Positions 60,673-64,000 of a stretch of DNA of 64,000 bases are shown piece by piece. The stretch's first letter is position 1. Each line of letters opens with the position of its first letter. Position numbers and translations under genes: made by a program. The notes beneath the pieces are model-generated. The model was not told the origin of the DNA. It saw nothing but the letters and a program-made list of their open reading frames with translations, and made no database searches. The DNA lies in NCBI GenBank assembly GCA_048128005.1, contig JBEUKZ010000019.1, positions 372,001-436,000 on the forward strand, in the 5' to 3' direction. Origin of the DNA: Veleropilina oligotropha. Taxonomy: Eukaryota.

Positions 60673-62165
60673 ATAATGATAATCCATTTTGATCACCTTT
60701 CAATTTCCAGGCTTTTCAGGTTCATATCAGAACATGTCAATATTATCGCGAGAGGAAAGCCAGCCCTCACCGTAACTAGACAAACAGAATATGCACTATT
60801 ATCCACTCGGCTACCAGTGCGGCCTGAATATTTTCAAGAAAGGATGCATGTACAGAGGTTACATCTACCTTACTTGTTGATACAACATTAAATGGACATT
60901 TAACAATGTCTGGAATTTGTTTTCACAATGACACATAGCCTAATTTAACAGTTTAATGCAAATGACAAATTAAATTTAACGAGGTATTATACATTTATGG
61001 CGTTCATTTGAATTTTGGTCACATTTCAAGAAAAAAATATTTTTCAAGCCTGATCTGGAGATAATATGTATAGGTTACTAACCGAGTTGGAGGTATTCAT
61101 CGATTTGAAAGACCTGCGCCCGTGCGGATCGTGACACCGAGACCGCGGAGCGGTCGAGGTGTTACAGCACGGAAGCAGGTCTTTCAAATAGATGAATACC
61201 GACTAACGAGGTTTGTAACCGACTTGCACAACGGCCAATTATAGCTCCTTTGTTGTCAATTTAGCTTGTGATCAGCTTTAGCCGTCTTGCACGGACGCAG
61301 GTCGGTATAGAGTGAAAAGTAGGTTGGTATGGCTATACCACCCTACTTTTGAATCGTCATTGAAAACAAGGTGTTCACGCTGAATACCAACCTATTCAAA
61401 ACAAAAGAGCCGTTGTGTAAGTTTAGATATGATCTTGAGATACCACATACCAATTTTCATTCTTTTGTCACATCTGTGACGAAATCGCATATTTTTGACG
61501 CTAATTAAGCGACCTGACTGTTATAGGTGTATTGTAATGTCATGCACAGGGGGAATAACTTACATGCAAACCAATCCCATTTAAAATACCAAGGCAGTGT
61601 TTATCAAATCTGGTACTCTCAAACATTCATTTCTTGTGGTGCATTGTAGAGTAATGTTGCCATTGGCATATTTCAAACACAATTCAAACAGTTCCCAATA
61701 AAATTCTACCTATCAGAATAAAGTGAACTCAAATTTTTTTCATACCTTTGGTTTTATTTTACAGATGTTGAATGTAAAATATGTACTGTACTTACACTAT
61801 TAGGTGCCAAGATGGAAATTTTGCATTCGCAGTTTTTAGATTCACAAGCATCACAATTTTAAATGCACATAAATCATGAAAAAAAATTCAAAAACAAAAG
61901 TATGGATTATTTTTTAAGTCGGTTCTGGATGAACAAGTATTGTGAGGTTTGTCAGTTAAATGCTGCCATAAAAATTAAGTCCGAATTTCATAAACAGCAT
62001 ATATATGAAACGTAGAGCTGCTTTAAAAAATGAACGAAAATCCGCTCGCCCTCATCACTTTTTTTCTCAAAAAGTGCCTGAGAATCTAAAAATTAATTTT
62101 ATTCAGCCTTTCAGATGAATATTTATATCCAGCGACTAATTGATGTTATAATTGTTTGCCTGCAG

Positions 62166-62369
62166 TACGAGAACCACGCAAAGAGCCTGATGTTAGAAGA
62201 ACAGACGCTAGAAAAAATCAAACAGAGAATTCAAGACAAGGTGATGATTAATGCGGGCACGTGGATCGACTGGCAGTACCTGCTCGATGCGACCTCGTTG
62301 TTGAGACGCTGTCGCTACACACTGCAATACACGTATCCATACGCCTACTACATGGAGCACAAACAACTG
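62166..62369 (+). CDS. ARIH2: ARIH2 coding exon 11, Ariadne domain (YENHAKSL...GTWIDWQYL...[14 protein letters not shown]); gene continues beyond the window
   Basis: Conserved ARIH2 peptide; AG/GT sites. Confidence 0.96.
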
Positions 62370-62584
62370 GTGAGTGACATAGTGGTGAACAGGTGCATTA
62401 TATTACATGGTGTAGGAACATGTTGAGAGTAGTGAAATCAAGTTCATGTATCTCTAACAGTACCACATGGAGCAGGAGTATTGTGAATATATAGGTGCAC
62501 TATATTGCGTGGCATATGAGCACATACGGATTGTTGAAATTTAGTGCATCCGAAAGTGCACTATGTTGTATAGTGTATGAACAT

Positions 62585-64000
62585 TGAACAGACGTCATGA
62601 TAAGTGGTTAACAGGTGCATTGTATCACATGTAGTATGAACAGACGTCATGATGAGTGGTTAACAGGTGCATTGTATCACATGTAGTATGAACAGACGGC
62701 ATGATGAGTGGTTAACAGGTGCATTGTATCACATGTAGTATGAACAGATGTCATGATGAGTGGTTAACAGGTGCATTGTATCACATGTAGTATGAACAGA
62801 CGTCATGATGAGTGGTTAACTAATAACAGGTGCATTGTATCACATGTAGTATGAACAGACGTCATGATGAGTGGTTAACAGGTGCATTGTATCACATGTA
62901 GTATGAACAGACGTCATGATGAGTGGTTAACAGGTGCATTGTATCACATGTAGTATGAACAGACGTCATGATGAGTGGTTAACAGGAGCATTGTATCACA
63001 TGTAGTATGAACAGACGTCATGATGAGTGGTTAACAGGTGCATTGTATCACATGTAGTATGAACAGACCTCATGATGAGTGGTTAACAGGTGCATTGTAT
63101 CACATGTAGTATGAACAGACGTCATGATGAGTGGTTAACAGGTACATTGTATCACATGTAGTATGAACAGACGTCATGATGAGTGGTTAACAGGTGCATT
63201 GTATCACATGTAGTATGAACAGACGTCATGATGAGTGGTTAACAGGAGCATTGTATCACATGTAGTATGAACAGACGTCATGATGAGTGGTTAACAGGTG
63301 CATTGTATCACATGTAGTATGAACAGACCTCATGATGAGTGGTTAACAGGTGCATTGTATCACATGTAGTATGAACAGACGTCATGATGAGTGGTTAACA
63401 GGAGCATTGTATCACATGTAGTATGAACAGATGTCATCATGAGTGGTTAACAGGTGCGTTGTATCACATGTAGTATGAACAGACGTCATGATGAGTGGTT
63501 AACAGGAGCATTGTATCACATGTAGTATGAACAGACGTCATGATGAGTGGTTAACAGGTGCATTGTATCACATGTAGTATGAACAGACCTCATGATGAGT
63601 GGTTAACAGGTGCATTGTATCACATGTAGTATGAACAGACCTCATGATGAGTGGTTAACAGGTGCATTGTATCACATGTAGTATGAACAGACGTCATGAT
63701 GAGTGGTTAACAGGTGCATTGTATCACATGTAGTATGAACAGACGTCATGATGAGTGGTTAACAGGTGCATTGTATCACATGTAGTATGAACAGACGTCA
63801 TGATGAGTGGTTAACAGGTGCATTGTATCACATGTAGTATGAACAGACGTCATGATGAGTGGTTAACAGGTGCATTGTATCACATGTAGTATGAACAGAC
63901 GTCATGATGAGTGGTTAACAGGTGCATTGTATCACATGTAGTATGAACAGACGTCATGATGAGTGGTTAACAGGTGCATTGTTTCACATGTAGTATGAAC
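62585..64000. repeat. 52-bp minisatellite running off the window end
   Basis: TGAACAGACGTCATGATGAGTGGTTAACAGGTGCATTGTATCACATGTAGTA repeated. Confidence 0.97.

Larger units (their letters stand above)
53601..61520 (-). mobile_element. Decayed ~7.9-kb DNA transposon (Academ-like) carrying nested insertions
   Basis: TIR TAGTCAGATCGCTTAA / TTAAGCGACCTGACTG (14/16), TTA on both flanks; minus-strand remnants FTVG..HHPSSSAARSSYHGT..SLF, ALSKASQIIRRHFF, FVHLVQYLE..IFKLADL. Confidence 0.55.

Overview
AT-rich animal genomic DNA, probably a lophotrochozoan invertebrate judging from the repeat styles. It carries two head-to-head spliced host genes: a MOV10L1-like gene on the minus strand (4 coding exons seen) and an Ariadne-2 (ARIH2) RBR E3 ligase on the plus strand (11 coding exons seen). 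The main feature is an apparently intact, GC-rich 15.5-kb Polinton/Maverick/adintovirus-like endogenous DNA virus (33111-48619) inserted in the ARIH2 intron that splits the IBR domain. It has ~197-bp TIRs with AGCAGC...GCTGCT ends and a 5-bp TSD (CCTTC), which is confirmed by an uninterrupted paralogous site 300 bp upstream. It encodes an rve integrase, an A32-like packaging ATPase and probable major and minor capsid proteins. Its 1288-aa replicase is unusual: HeH motif, vOTU-like domain, exonuclease-less pPolB that keeps both catalytic Asp residues, SF1 helicase and HNH-like domain. It also encodes many predicted membrane proteins (one beginning with tandem PSAP/LYPxL late-domain motifs) and a secreted Cys-rich cargo protein; no adenain-type protease is recognisable. 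The rest of the window is minisatellites, MITEs, SINEs, LINE fragments and a nested Academ-like/piggyBac/DIRS cluster. All protein calls are by-eye motif recognition, not database results.
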